A stretch of 64,000 nt of DNA, from NCBI GenBank assembly GCA_002772995.1, contig PFCO01000001.1:128244-192243 (forward strand). Direction: 5' to 3'. The notes beneath the pieces are model-generated. The model saw only the letters and a list, made by a program, of their open reading frames with translations. It did no database searches and was not told the DNA's origin. Of the stretch, positions 9,480 through 19,397 are shown in pieces (position 1 is the stretch's first letter; each line of letters begins with the position of its first letter). Source of the DNA: Candidatus Niyogibacteria bacterium CG10_big_fil_rev_8_21_14_0_10_46_36. Its GTDB lineage: Bacteria > Patescibacteriota > Minisyncoccia > 1-14-0-10-42-19. The position numbers were made by a program, and so were the translations under genes.

Positions 9480-10847
9480 TTATCGCTTTTTTACTAATAA
9501 TTCTATTTCACGAGCGGCAACCGTCCCCGCGGAATATTCCGTTCCACGCGGCCATATGAACTGGGAAATAAATCTTTTTCTCTGTCGGTCATACGAATTT
9601 TTATGCTCCATAATATCTTCAATGACGCACAATAATTCGTCCTCATTCTTTGCGATAGGAGTTGCTTGGTGCGATAAAAGATTACGAAAATGCAAAGATG
9701 CATTTTGGGTTTCTTCGTATTGTTGCGGCATAAATGTAATCACGGGCTTGCCAAGCGCCATTGCGTCAAGCATAGCGCTTGTATTCACGCCAACAATAGC
9801 ATCCGCGAAAAAAACGCTGTCGGCAAACAAAGAAGCAGCGGCTTCTTTTTCCGGAAGTTGCGCGTCTTTCTGAAGCGTAACATTCGGCAAAGAAAGATGC
9901 TCGAATGGATGGATATTCGCTGGATGCGGGCGGATAATTATATGGGCATCCTGAAGCGCGCGTTTTTTTGATTGGCGAAGACGAGAAGCGATTTTTTTAA
10001 TGACCCATGATTCGTCACGCGCAATGTTTTTTGATGAACCAAGATACAATATGACCGGGCACTTGTTATTAAAACCATACCGTTGACAAAATGCCGCGCG
10101 GGATTCGGATGGCTTCCGCCGTACAAGCCATTGGTCAAAGAGTGGCGAGCCTGTAATACGTATACGCTCCTTGGGAACGGCGTGATGCGTTATTGCCTCC
10201 CGCATATGTTCTTCGTTCCACGCCAAAAGAAGGTCGGGAATAACGTGAATAAGCCCGCGCACCGTCAAATTATCCCAGGACATTACTGGAAGAACCGTGG
10301 GAATACCAAGCGCCCGCGCGGCTTTTAAAAACTCCGTATCGGCGCTTGAATTTCTCATGTTGCCCGGAGCGCCAATAACAACATCCGGCTTATAGTCCCT
10401 CAAAAATGCCGATATGCCGGCATCCGGCGGCACAAAATGTTCAGGAATGCGCAACAATGCGCCCGCCACACGCGTTTTAAAAAACGTATTGAGCAAAGAA
10501 TTTTTATTGCGTAAAAAATTCCTGATGTTTCTCGGTAACGCTTTTTCGATCCAATCTGTGCGCCAATGGTCTGCTTGCTCCGCGACCACAAGATATTTCC
10601 GATAACTTAGAAAGTCTCTCGCGGGAAATAAAATGCTCGTCCACCTGTCACTTCTGCTCGGAATGGTCGCGTAACTGCATAAAGGATTATTTTCCACATA
10701 GGCGGCCACAACATCAAACGATTCCGTTTTATTTTTTGCCGCATCAAAAAGAATATGCACGGCATGTCCCCGCGCGCATAACTCGTCTATAATACTCTTA
10801 TAGTAATGAAACAAAAGCGCCCACCGAACAACAAAGAGGACTTTCAT
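9480..10847 (-). CDS. GT-B fold CMP/CDP-donor transferase (TagF/sialyltransferase-like), paralog 1
   Basis: SWDNLT, LLAWNE, TGSPLFD, IRPHP, NTSAMLDAMALGKPVI; start ATG 10847 avoids overlap with the upstream gene. Confidence 0.7.
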   Translation of the reverse strand: MKVLFVVRWALLFHYYKSIIDELCARGHAVHILFDAAKNKTESFDVVAAYVENNPLCSYATIPSRSDRWTSILFPARDFLSYRKYLVVAEQADHWRTDWIEKALPRNIRNFLRNKNSLLNTFFKTRVAGALLRIPEHFVPPDAGISAFLRDYKPDVVIGAPGNMRNSSADTEFLKAARALGIPTVLPVMSWDNLTVRGLIHVIPDLLLAWNEEHMREAITHHAVPKERIRITGSPLFDQWLVRRKPSESRAAFCQRYGFNNKCPVILYLGSSKNIARDESWVIKKIASRLRQSKKRALQDAHIIIRPHPANIHPFEHLSLPNVTLQKDAQLPEKEAAASLFADSVFFADAIVGVNTSAMLDAMALGKPVITFMPQQYEETQNASLHFRNLLSHQATPIAKNEDELLCVIEDIMEHKNSYDRQRKRFISQFIWPRGTEYSAGTVAAREIELLVKKR

Positions 10848-10851
10848 TGTT

Positions 10852-11847
10852 TTATTTTTCAGGATTGATAATGGCAAGACGCATCATAGCGAGCGTGGGA
10901 TTGCGTAAACCAAATACCGACCGCGTTTCGTGATGAAACTCATCAATACTATAAATGACAACATTATCATCCGGACGGTACGGGAAAAATAACGGATTAT
11001 TATGCGAAATGTCTCCATTTTTTTCACGTACGGCCAAAATATAATTAACGTTATAAAATACCGAATGCGCTTTCCCGGCACGATATATATGCTCAATATA
11101 TTTTCGGATATCGGACTGCCGCATCTCGCTAAACGACCAAAAATTAAAACTAGCGTCAAAAAATGAATCAGGAAGCATACCTGCCTGCTCCGGGGTCAAT
11201 AAATATACTGTACGCGTTGCATCAAAGTTTTTTATTTGGTGGGGGTAGACAATGTCCCAATCGGTGTATTTTATAAATTGGAAAGCGGCATGTCCCAACA
11301 TTTCCGGGAGGTCGACAATAACATATCTCTCTATTGGGAATTCTTTTATACAAAACAACGCAAATCCTCCCGCGCCCGCGCCAATCTCAAGCACAGAACG
11401 CATGCCATGAGGAAAGAGCTGTTGTTGCTTGCGCTTAAGGACTTTCATGTACCAAAAGTATCGCGCCTGCGACATTGCCGACTCAACATCAAACGACGCA
11501 AGAAAATCCTTATACTCCGGATACAGTCCCCTTCTCCACAAAAAATAAAGGGCTCGTGCGTGTTCGTGATAACCTTCTCCCAGCAACGAAAATTGCAATC
11601 GCGCCAACTTCGCGAATACTTTTAATGAAGCGAATCTCGCGTAATCCAAAAAAGAAATCTTGCCTTTTCTAAAACCAAACGAGTGCTTTTCTCGTCCTTC
11701 CACCCTCCTTTCCGCCAGCCGGACCCAATCTTTCTTTGTGGCGTCTATTTTATATCCTTCAATCTGATTGCCCCAAAAATTTGAAATGTTTTGGGATTTC
11801 GCCGATATAAGGAGAAATTCTTTTAGTTGCTCAAATCTATTATCCAT
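10852..11847 (-). CDS. Putative sugar O-methyltransferase (class I SAM)
   Basis: VLEIGAGAGG, IVDLPEML, FNFWSFSEM..I..Y. Confidence 0.8.
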   Translation of the reverse strand: MDNRFEQLKEFLLISAKSQNISNFWGNQIEGYKIDATKKDWVRLAERRVEGREKHSFGFRKGKISFLDYARFASLKVFAKLARLQFSLLGEGYHEHARALYFLWRRGLYPEYKDFLASFDVESAMSQARYFWYMKVLKRKQQQLFPHGMRSVLEIGAGAGGFALFCIKEFPIERYVIVDLPEMLGHAAFQFIKYTDWDIVYPHQIKNFDATRTVYLLTPEQAGMLPDSFFDASFNFWSFSEMRQSDIRKYIEHIYRAGKAHSVFYNVNYILAVREKNGDISHNNPLFFPYRPDDNVVIYSIDEFHHETRSVFGLRNPTLAMMRLAIINPEK

Positions 11848-11851
11848 ATCA

Positions 11852-12733
11852 TTAACTCAACCCGCCATCCCATATATATTGTCGTTTGAATGGCTGTCCT
11901 TTTATTTTTTTTAGAAAACGATTCCAATAAACCCTACCGCACCGAAATATAGAAAATCTTTGCGCATACTCTTTTATCCGATAACGCACATAAAAAGAAA
12001 ATGAACAATGTTCCCGTGCCGCCTCTAAGCGGTGTTGCGCGTGGCGTTTTGCGTGCTTCTGGGTGGTGCTTGCCTCATCAATGGTGTGCTCAAATAATCG
12101 TACGCGTAAAAATTTAACGACTCCGCCCCGCGCAATACTTTGCGCTATAAAAGCGATGTCTGCCGCCCAGCCAACAGGATGGAGCCCTATCTTTGCGAAT
12201 GAACTCCGTCGTACAATAGTTCCTGACCCGCACGCCTTATGGCGAAACGGGTCTTCGGGACGAGAACCGTAACGCACCCCCGGAGGAACATAAAAAGGGA
12301 TGGCGCGTCTCCCGTACCACGAAAACCCCCCGCACACCAATACATCAATGGCGGGGTTGCCGTCCATCACCGCTATTGCTTGCTCTAGGGCATTTTTGTT
12401 TATGACGCTATCTCCGGATAAAAGCAGTGTGTATTTCCCTTGAGCCAGCAAAACTCCTTTGTTCGTTGCGTGCGCCCCGCACACATCCTCCTCCGATAGA
12501 AAGATGTGTATGTCTTGGTGATGTTTTTTGATTACCTCCTTTGTATTGTCGTTGGACGCGCCGTCTATAACCAGTAATTCATCTGCGTCGGTTATGAATT
12601 CCTTGGCGCGCTGGATTGCATATTCAAGCTCAGATGCATTATTTTTCGTTATTAAAATGAACGACATCCGCTTGCGCGGGATGCTGTCAAATGTAAAAAA
12701 TGTGTTCATTTCTTGCTGCGTGCCGATACGCAT
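11852..12733 (-). CDS. Glycosyltransferase family 2 (WcaE-like)
   Basis: VIDGASNDNT, SEED.CGAHATNKGVLLAQGKY; DxD degenerate (SGD). Confidence 0.8.
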   Translation of the reverse strand: MRIGTQQEMNTFFTFDSIPRKRMSFILITKNNASELEYAIQRAKEFITDADELLVIDGASNDNTKEVIKKHHQDIHIFLSEEDVCGAHATNKGVLLAQGKYTLLLSGDSVINKNALEQAIAVMDGNPAIDVLVCGGFSWYGRRAIPFYVPPGVRYGSRPEDPFRHKACGSGTIVRRSSFAKIGLHPVGWAADIAFIAQSIARGGVVKFLRVRLFEHTIDEASTTQKHAKRHAQHRLEAAREHCSFSFYVRYRIKEYAQRFSIFRCGRVYWNRFLKKIKGQPFKRQYIWDGGLS

Positions 12734-12774
12734 AATTCAGTATATATTTTATAATTTTGTCAAGCAAGATAAAT

Positions 12775-12803
12775 AAAAACACACGAGGTCTCACCTCGTG
12801 TGT
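12775..12803 (-). terminator. Intrinsic terminator
   Basis: ACACACGAGGT-CTC-ACCTCGTGTGT with a U-tract on the minus strand. Confidence 0.8.
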
Positions 12804-12811
12804 CAAATTGG

Positions 12812-13762
12812 TTATGCGGCATGATTTTTTTCATACCACTTTATTGTCTTTGCTATGCCTTCTTTCAGCGATATTGCGGGCTTCCAGCCGTATACGGATA
12901 CGCGCGACGTATCAAGAATGCGCATCGCATCCCCTGTCGGTTTTTCGGTATCCCACACTATGGTGGGTTTCTCGGGCAGGCACGAAATAATAACCTCAAC
13001 AAGCTCCCGTATTGAAACACCTACCCCGCTTCCGATATTTACCGGCTTGGTGATACCATGTTCCGCGACAAAAAGCATGCCGCGCGCAACATCATCCGCA
13101 TAAATAAAATCACGGACAGCGGAACCATCGCCCCATACAACAAAGGGGCCTTCGCCCGACATCGCGCGCGCGATCAAAGACGGTATTACCATGGCTGATT
13201 CGGGGTCAAAGGTGTCATGCGGCCCGTATACATTCGCGGGGCGCACTATTGATATTGCGTTCCACCCGTATTCTTTCCCATAGGCTTCTGCCTGTAATTC
13301 CCCCATGCGCTTTGCCCAGCCCGCAAACTTGTCGTGTTCTGACGGAAATGTATGCCATACGCTATCTTCCTGCATTACTGCAGATGGTGCGTATACGCCC
13401 ACCGTGCTCGTATACAGAAATCCGGACACGCCTTTAAGCCGCGCCGCTTCCATAAGATTCGTATTGAATTGAATATGCGATACAAACACGCGTGCGGGGT
13501 GCTCCTTCATAAACAACGGTGAGCCTTTTACGCAAAGAAGATTAAACACATAATCCATTTCTGCGCATACTTTCAGGCACGCTTCAAACGAACGAAGGTC
13601 CGTTTGAACGAATGCGGCATCAGAATGCGCGCGTGACGGATCATCAAGAGAAGCCACCGTAACATTCGCGCCTTTTTCTATCAGCATCCGCACAAGCGGT
13701 GTGCCGATAAGACCGGTACCGCCCGCAACTAATACGTTCTTGCCCGTAAAATCAAATTTCAT
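12812..13762 (-). CDS. GDP-L-fucose-synthase-like extended SDR
   Basis: VAGGTGLIG, RPANVYGPHD, VIPSLI, VWGDGSAVRDFIYADD; YxxxK replaced by AGWAK. Confidence 0.85.
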   Translation of the reverse strand: MKFDFTGKNVLVAGGTGLIGTPLVRMLIEKGANVTVASLDDPSRAHSDAAFVQTDLRSFEACLKVCAEMDYVFNLLCVKGSPLFMKEHPARVFVSHIQFNTNLMEAARLKGVSGFLYTSTVGVYAPSAVMQEDSVWHTFPSEHDKFAGWAKRMGELQAEAYGKEYGWNAISIVRPANVYGPHDTFDPESAMVIPSLIARAMSGEGPFVVWGDGSAVRDFIYADDVARGMLFVAEHGITKPVNIGSGVGVSIRELVEVIISCLPEKPTIVWDTEKPTGDAMRILDTSRVSVYGWKPAISLKEGIAKTIKWYEKNHAA

Positions 13763-14550
13763 CGTCCTCTCCCCGGGCTTCGAAATATCTTTCCCAGACG
13801 GTCCTTTTCATTATGATCGTCAAAAAGCGGGAATACGCGAGGTCTTCGTAATGCAATGCGTCTTCGCTGTGCATTCTTGCCCTCTACAAAGTCAACACCC
13901 GGCGGAAGATATGTGATAAGCATCAAGGGCCTGTCTCTGTCGGAAATATTCGGGTACGAGCCGTGAACGGTGTTTCCGTGCAATATAAAGATAGAGCCCC
14001 GTTTCAAGCATACGAGCGTTTCCTCGTAATGTTCGGGGATCTGTACTTTATTTCCGACTGCTGCGCGCTCACGGAATGTCGGAGTCGGCTCCGCTTCAAG
14101 AAGCGGCTCGACATGCGAACCCGGATATACATACAATGCCCCGTTCTCTTTGTCCTGGTCGGTTAACGCGATACCAACGGTAATGTACTGCCCCCAACGA
14201 GCGCGAGGATACGTATTATCCTGATGCGGATTCCATGGTTGTTCCTGAAAAGAAGTCCCTGCCTTTTTGAAATTAAAGTGCGTATGCGTTACTTCTACCG
14301 GGGCGTCTGACAGCGTATCAACAACCGAAAGAATGCGTGGATCCTCCACCACGCCCATAATCCATTCTTCATACCAATGAAGATTCATAAGCGGAGAAAA
14401 ATTTTCATCCGCATACGATTCATATAGAGCGTTTATCGCATGGCATTCTCCTTTTGAGAACACCTGCTCTCTTGTGAGAAATCCTTTCTCTCGGTAAAAA
14501 CGAAGCTCGTCAATAGAAACAACTGTCCCGTGCTTTCGTGTATCCGGCAT
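13759..14550 (-). CDS. PhyH-family Fe(II)/2-oxoglutarate dioxygenase
   Basis: PHQDNTY (HxD), ENGALYVYPGSH, HGNTVHGSYPN..DR; SD AGGAGG before ATG 14550. Confidence 0.88.
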   Translation of the reverse strand: MPDTRKHGTVVSIDELRFYREKGFLTREQVFSKGECHAINALYESYADENFSPLMNLHWYEEWIMGVVEDPRILSVVDTLSDAPVEVTHTHFNFKKAGTSFQEQPWNPHQDNTYPRARWGQYITVGIALTDQDKENGALYVYPGSHVEPLLEAEPTPTFRERAAVGNKVQIPEHYEETLVCLKRGSIFILHGNTVHGSYPNISDRDRPLMLITYLPPGVDFVEGKNAQRRRIALRRPRVFPLFDDHNEKDRLGKIFRSPGRGR

Positions 14551-14554
14551 ATAA

Positions 14555-14614
14555 CCTCCTGTACTGATGTTAAAGAACATCACCAGTGTAGAAGAAAACA
14601 AGGACTTGCGTCAA
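14555..14614 (-). promoter_or_regulatory. Promoter, boxA-like palindrome and SD of the phyH-like gene
   Basis: TTGACG-18nt-TACACT, then TGATGTT-CTTT-AACATCA (contains TGTTCTTTAACA), then AGGAGG. Confidence 0.55.
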
Positions 14615-15276
14615 TCAGCAAGAAAAGTCGACACTACGGGAAGTTCTTTTATATCTCCAAACGAAGCAACAATAGTGTCAGCCTCTAAAAGCGTTTCTTT
14701 GGGCAAAGTTGACGCAATAGCAATACAATACGCACCTGCTCTTTTTGCCGCCCGTATTCCGAACGGGGCGTTTTCTACGACAATGCATTCATGAGGAGCA
14801 ACACCGATAGCGCCCGCTCCTGCAAGATACGGGTCCGGCTCCGGCTTCCCGCGCTCATACATATCGCTTGTGATTATTGCTTTAAATTGCGACAAAAAAT
14901 CATTAGGCACCGACGACTCCAGTCGTTTCATCAGTCCCGCCGTTACAATACCCGTAGGAATTTGCTTTGTGGCGCAAAGCTTTATAAAATCCTCAACATG
15001 CGGATACAATAAGAACGAATGGTCATCCATATAGTAGCGCTCCTTTGCGTGCATGATGTCTTCCGCGCGCGTTTCAGGAATGCCGTTTTTGTCGCAAAAA
15101 AATACAGCTACATCAATTGGCCGCATGCCCTCCAGAGGAAAATATTCTTCTCCGGTTATCTGCCCACCCGCGTCACCGAATGCCTTTTGCCATGCACGCA
15201 AATTGTCTTCCATAGTGCGCGCAAGCACCCCGTCAAAATCAAAAAGGATTCCTTTGTATGGCGCACTGTTATTCAT
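14611..15276 (-). CDS. HAD-family phosphatase (beta-PGM/CbbY-like)
   Basis: FDFDGVL, GKPEPDPYL, VVENAPFGIRAAKRAG. Confidence 0.9.
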   Translation of the reverse strand: MNNSAPYKGILFDFDGVLARTMEDNLRAWQKAFGDAGGQITGEEYFPLEGMRPIDVAVFFCDKNGIPETRAEDIMHAKERYYMDDHSFLLYPHVEDFIKLCATKQIPTGIVTAGLMKRLESSVPNDFLSQFKAIITSDMYERGKPEPDPYLAGAGAIGVAPHECIVVENAPFGIRAAKRAGAYCIAIASTLPKETLLEADTIVASFGDIKELPVVSTFLAD

Positions 15277-15778
15277 TAAAAAATGCGAGAGTTGCCTTCA
15301 TCCACGGACCCAAATGCTTGTAATGCGCGGATGTCACTATCTTATCATCAACCACGGCGGGCTCATCAATATATGTAGCCCCGGCGTTTTCAATGTCATC
15401 CTTGATGCTATAGTATCCTGATATTTTTTTGCCTTTTACTATTTTCGCGGATATCAACAACTGCGCCGCGTGACAAATGCTTGCGATCACTTTCCCACGC
15501 CCATGAAATTCCGCAATAAAATCAATTACCTCTTTATCTTGACGCAAATACTCCATGCATTTTGCTCCTCCAGGCAATACTAAGAGGTCATAATCATCTG
15601 GATTGATACCTGCAATGTCGCGTGTAGGGACAATCTTTGTGCCTAATATCCCCTGTACTGTTTCATTGCCGCGGATGGCCACATCAACATTGAACCCCGC
15701 CTCCTGCAAACGATAATACGGATAGATGAATTCGTGGTCCTGAACATTCTTTCCTGTAATAATAAGAGCTTTTTTCAT
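15269..15778 (-). CDS. DJ-1/PfpI family protein
   Basis: QDHEFIYPYYRL, LVLPGG, ASICHAAQLL (nucleophile Cys), VVDDKIVTS. Confidence 0.9.
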   Translation of the reverse strand: MKKALIITGKNVQDHEFIYPYYRLQEAGFNVDVAIRGNETVQGILGTKIVPTRDIAGINPDDYDLLVLPGGAKCMEYLRQDKEVIDFIAEFHGRGKVIASICHAAQLLISAKIVKGKKISGYYSIKDDIENAGATYIDEPAVVDDKIVTSAHYKHLGPWMKATLAFFNE

Positions 15779-15784
15779 ATCGCG

Positions 15785-16540
15785 TTAATGTGTTTTTGAT
15801 ATCAATAATAATTCTATTTCTTTCGGTATATGATATTCTTTTATGTTTTGCAAATCTCCTCCCCACACAACATCCCCCGGCTTCATACTGTATTCCTTCT
15901 TCGTGTGAGCAATCTCTCCGGCCAATATCGTTACTGAGGCATTCTGCATATTTGGCGCATCTTTGGATAGCGCATCTGTATGTGCATAGATTTTCTTGCT
16001 GATAGAACAATCTCCCATTTGAATATGCGGTGAATCAGCAAGAATCGGCAAAGTAAGCGAGTGCTCATTGGAAGAAGTAAAAGACTCCTTCCCCTCGTAT
16101 CCCTTTCCTTCCCTCCCATAACTGTCGCGCAAGCGCACAAGGTCTTTTTTATTTGTAGGCGTTTCTGTCTCCAGGACATAAATTCCTTTTGGGGAAAGAG
16201 CTTTTGTTGAATGAAAAACTCCTTTCTCAAGCAGAAGTCCCTTGCCGGCAGACATGTAAAGCGAGCGTTCTAGTGTTGAGCATTCAGCCTCCCCAGAAAG
16301 CACAGTAACCGATGTCTGTTTGTTCGGATGACAATGCATGGATGTTTGCGCCTGCGGTTGTATAAAAAGCATCCATATCGCGACAGCGTCGTTCTTGAAG
16401 AATAGATATTCATGCCCCCAGGGCTTTTGCACTAATACGCCTGAATAATCAAAAAAATCATCCTCAATGGATTCCGGATGAATACCTGCTTTTCGTAAGT
16501 GCTCTTTATCCGCCGCTGACGGGAAAATCCGTTCAATCAT
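15785..16540 (-). CDS. Cupin-domain protein (type II mannose-6-phosphate isomerase C-terminal-like)
   Basis: KPWGHEY, TSMHCHPNK, GVFHST, ETETP...DLVRLRDSYGR. Confidence 0.75.
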   Translation of the reverse strand: MIERIFPSAADKEHLRKAGIHPESIEDDFFDYSGVLVQKPWGHEYLFFKNDAVAIWMLFIQPQAQTSMHCHPNKQTSVTVLSGEAECSTLERSLYMSAGKGLLLEKGVFHSTKALSPKGIYVLETETPTNKKDLVRLRDSYGREGKGYEGKESFTSSNEHSLTLPILADSPHIQMGDCSISKKIYAHTDALSKDAPNMQNASVTILAGEIAHTKKEYSMKPGDVVWGGDLQNIKEYHIPKEIELLLISKTH

Positions 16541-16578
16541 ATACCATTCATACTACAAAAAAAGGTGATAAAATCAAG

Positions 16579-16608
16579 AAAAAACCGCACCGGATACCCG
16601 GTGCGGTT
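16579..16608 (-). terminator. Intrinsic terminator
   Basis: AACCGCACCGG-ATAC-CCGGTGCGGTT with a U-tract. Confidence 0.85.
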
Positions 16609-16612
16609 CTGT

Positions 16613-17518
16613 TTATTTTTTTACAATACGCTTTACATGCGCGTATATTTTTTCAGCAGTAGGAGGGAGATTATCGCATTGTTCCGCGAACCCCGCAGCG
16701 CGTTCCTCAAGCCCCAGCACATGCATTGTCTTTCCTGTCTGCTGCATAAGATCAAATGCAATATGCTTTGCTGTTCCGTTCTCAAAGTCACCGTCAATGA
16801 TAAGTCCGCCAAAGGACGAATCAGCAAGCGACTTCCGCATGACATCCGTTACCAAAAATGGCTTCAGCCACAGTAGATGAATGAGATTGCACCGTATCCT
16901 TCCTTCTTCCCAGAGCCGCTTTGCCGCTTTCATGGCTTCCAGCCGCGTTGACGATATTGCAAAAAGCGTGATGTCGGAATCGGGACGAATGATATTATGC
17001 ATCTCATAATCTATCCCAAAGCTTCTTCTATGTTCGCTTGCATACACCACCTCGTCATGCGCCGTAAAATAATCCCATACCTGCCGATACTCGTTCGGCG
17101 TCATGGGAGCGGCAACTGCGATACCAGGCATCCGCGCAAATAAGCTGTGATGACTACCTGACGCAACCGGCCCTATCGCGCCGTCCATCGCAATGGAACG
17201 CACGAACATGGGGCATGAATACCCCCACATGTCTTTTGCTTTCGCGGCGTAATTTATAACGCCGGGGCAATTGAACCACTGGAACCCCTGGTAGCGCACA
17301 ATATATATCGGCCGCCTGCCCGCGAGTGCGAGCCCTACAGCAATATACCCTCCGGAAACATCAGCCATTGATAATTCAATAAGACCTTGTTCTTCGGTGA
17401 GCTCGGGAACAGTTCCTCCAACCCAGCCGACTGCCGTAAGACATTGGCCGAGCGCTACGCCATGATGTTCAAGAAGATGCTTTCGCGTTATCTCTTTTAT
17501 CGTTTCGGCTACCGTCAT
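16613..17518 (-). CDS. TPP-dependent dehydrogenase E1 beta / transketolase C-terminal-like subunit
   Basis: IELSMAD..GG..AVGLALAGRRPI, INYAAK, PMFVR, AAPMTP, HLLWLKPF; ATGA overlap with the alpha subunit. Confidence 0.85.
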   Translation of the reverse strand: MTVAETIKEITRKHLLEHHGVALGQCLTAVGWVGGTVPELTEEQGLIELSMADVSGGYIAVGLALAGRRPIYIVRYQGFQWFNCPGVINYAAKAKDMWGYSCPMFVRSIAMDGAIGPVASGSHHSLFARMPGIAVAAPMTPNEYRQVWDYFTAHDEVVYASEHRRSFGIDYEMHNIIRPDSDITLFAISSTRLEAMKAAKRLWEEGRIRCNLIHLLWLKPFLVTDVMRKSLADSSFGGLIIDGDFENGTAKHIAFDLMQQTGKTMHVLGLEERAAGFAEQCDNLPPTAEKIYAHVKRIVKK

Positions 17519-18441
17519 GCCGGCACCTCCTTTATCGCCGTTTCCCACAGCAACTCCATATGGCGTTTCGTTTCTTTTTCTATCGCCCGAATCTCTTTGC
17601 CGTATCCCAGCGACTTCATCGTTTCTTTTGTCATTGCAAATCTATCCCATTCAGGCGGACCGTCGCATCCCGTACCATTATGCCACAGATGCCGGACCGT
17701 ATGGATATTTATGAACGCCGGAAGCTGCCCTTGCATCAAAAACGCATGCCACATAATAAGCCATGGGTCATCCGTTATTTCTATTGCGGGCATCCCGAAG
17801 GCACGGGCAACATCAACCATATTCCAGTTCCTGCGCACAGAAACTTCGGTAAGAATAGAAAGGCCGTTATCCATGCAAACGAACAGGACCGGCAATTGCT
17901 TGCGCGCGGCATATCCCATGGCGCCCAACACATAATCTTCTTCGGCGGAGGCGTCTCCCATAATACTCAGCACTTTACCCTCTCCTTTTTTTTGGAGACC
18001 GAGAGCAAAGCCAACGGATATCGGAACCTGTGTCCCCATATGGCCATCGTGACCAAACATACTAATCTTAGGCGAGTGGATGGAAGCCGAACCGCCCATG
18101 CCGCCCGCGCATCCGGTGGAACGCTGCAATAACTCATCTGCAAGCGCCCGCTCATCCCCGCCGTATGCAAGATAGACATCATGGCCCCGATGCTGTGCGA
18201 ATATATACGGTTCTTTGTATACCGCTGCAAGAGCAGATGTCACAGACTCCTGCCCCACAGAGAGATATATGGGCATCTTTTTCATACCGCCCGTATCAAA
18301 TGCGTATTTTACCTGAAGTTCAAAATACCGTATGCGGCACATATTCCGGAACACGGATAATATTTCATCCTTTTCTCCTATATGCACTTTCGCGCATGTT
18401 TCAATAAGCCGTTCCGTTATGCCACAGTCAGATGATCTCAT
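17515..18441 (-). CDS. TPP-dependent dehydrogenase E1 alpha-like subunit
   Basis: YLSVGQE, QHRGH, GMGGSASIH, MGDASAEE...CMDNG (GDG..NN variant), TVRHLWH; SD GGAGG before ATG 18441. Confidence 0.88.
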   Translation of the reverse strand: MRSSDCGITERLIETCAKVHIGEKDEILSVFRNMCRIRYFELQVKYAFDTGGMKKMPIYLSVGQESVTSALAAVYKEPYIFAQHRGHDVYLAYGGDERALADELLQRSTGCAGGMGGSASIHSPKISMFGHDGHMGTQVPISVGFALGLQKKGEGKVLSIMGDASAEEDYVLGAMGYAARKQLPVLFVCMDNGLSILTEVSVRRNWNMVDVARAFGMPAIEITDDPWLIMWHAFLMQGQLPAFINIHTVRHLWHNGTGCDGPPEWDRFAMTKETMKSLGYGKEIRAIEKETKRHMELLWETAIKEVPA

Positions 18442-19397
18442 AACGCACCTCCAAATTCCTCTTCGTACCATCGCATCGTCTTACGTATGCCTTCTTCCAA
18501 AGAAACTCGCGGCGTCCACAAAAAATCTTTTCTCGCCTTTGTGACATTGAGCACAAGAGATGTTTTAAGAGATGGCTTTGAAGCATCGTATCGTATTGTG
18601 ATGTTCTTCTCCGAAGCAGCGACTATTTTTTCTACAATCTCCCGTACGGCGTACGCTGTTCCGCTTCCGATATTAATTATCTCAAGCGGGCCGTGTTCTG
18701 TCCGTGTAAGTGTTTCTATAAAGCGGATGATGTCGTCTACATACACCAAGTCGCGCCGTTCACTTCCGTCACCCCACACAATAATCTCACCCCCCTCGGG
18801 AGCCTGCATCACCTTTGTGATGGTCGCCGCAAACATATGCGCACGGCTTATGTCGTATGTGTCATGCGGGCCGTAGATATTAGAATGACGAATGACGGTA
18901 AAGCGCGTGTTACCCATACGGGAATAAAATTCGCAGAGCTTCTCGCCGAATATTTTCATCCATGCGCCTCCAAAATAGACATCGTGGATTGAAGAATAAT
19001 CAACATCGCATTCCGTCACCGGATACCCTGTGTTCATTGGGTATAGCACCGTACAGCTCAAGAAAACGCAGTGCGGCACCTTTTGCACATGAACCGCTTC
19101 GCATATGAGCGTGTTCATGATGGCATTGTCCGTAACATGTATGAACGGACGCGAAACAATATCCGCGGCACCCGACGTTATCGCTGCTGCATGAATAACC
19201 ATGTCCATGCCACGCGTGATCTCAAAAATAGTGTTGCGATCCCGCAAGTCAGCTTGTATAAAGCGCTCCTTATGTTCAGGCTCCGAAGAAAAATATGTCC
19301 CATATACCTCCAGCTCATCGCGTACGGATAATACTTCAAAAATATTTCTTCCAATAAATCCCGACGCGCCTGTTACAAGAACCTTTTTTCTTTTCAT
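18438..19397 (-). CDS. GDP-L-fucose-synthase-like extended SDR
   Basis: VTGASGFIG, RHSNIYGPHD, VWGDGSERRDLVYVDD; YxxxK replaced by GAWMK. Confidence 0.85.
   Translation of the reverse strand: MKRKKVLVTGASGFIGRNIFEVLSVRDELEVYGTYFSSEPEHKERFIQADLRDRNTIFEITRGMDMVIHAAAITSGAADIVSRPFIHVTDNAIMNTLICEAVHVQKVPHCVFLSCTVLYPMNTGYPVTECDVDYSSIHDVYFGGAWMKIFGEKLCEFYSRMGNTRFTVIRHSNIYGPHDTYDISRAHMFAATITKVMQAPEGGEIIVWGDGSERRDLVYVDDIIRFIETLTRTEHGPLEIINIGSGTAYAVREIVEKIVAASEKNITIRYDASKPSLKTSLVLNVTKARKDFLWTPRVSLEEGIRKTMRWYEEEFGGAL

Noticed and set aside
16613-18441. E1 alpha/beta as central pyruvate dehydrogenase
   Set aside because: No E2/E3 nearby, divergent motifs, and translational coupling to NDP-sugar SDRs
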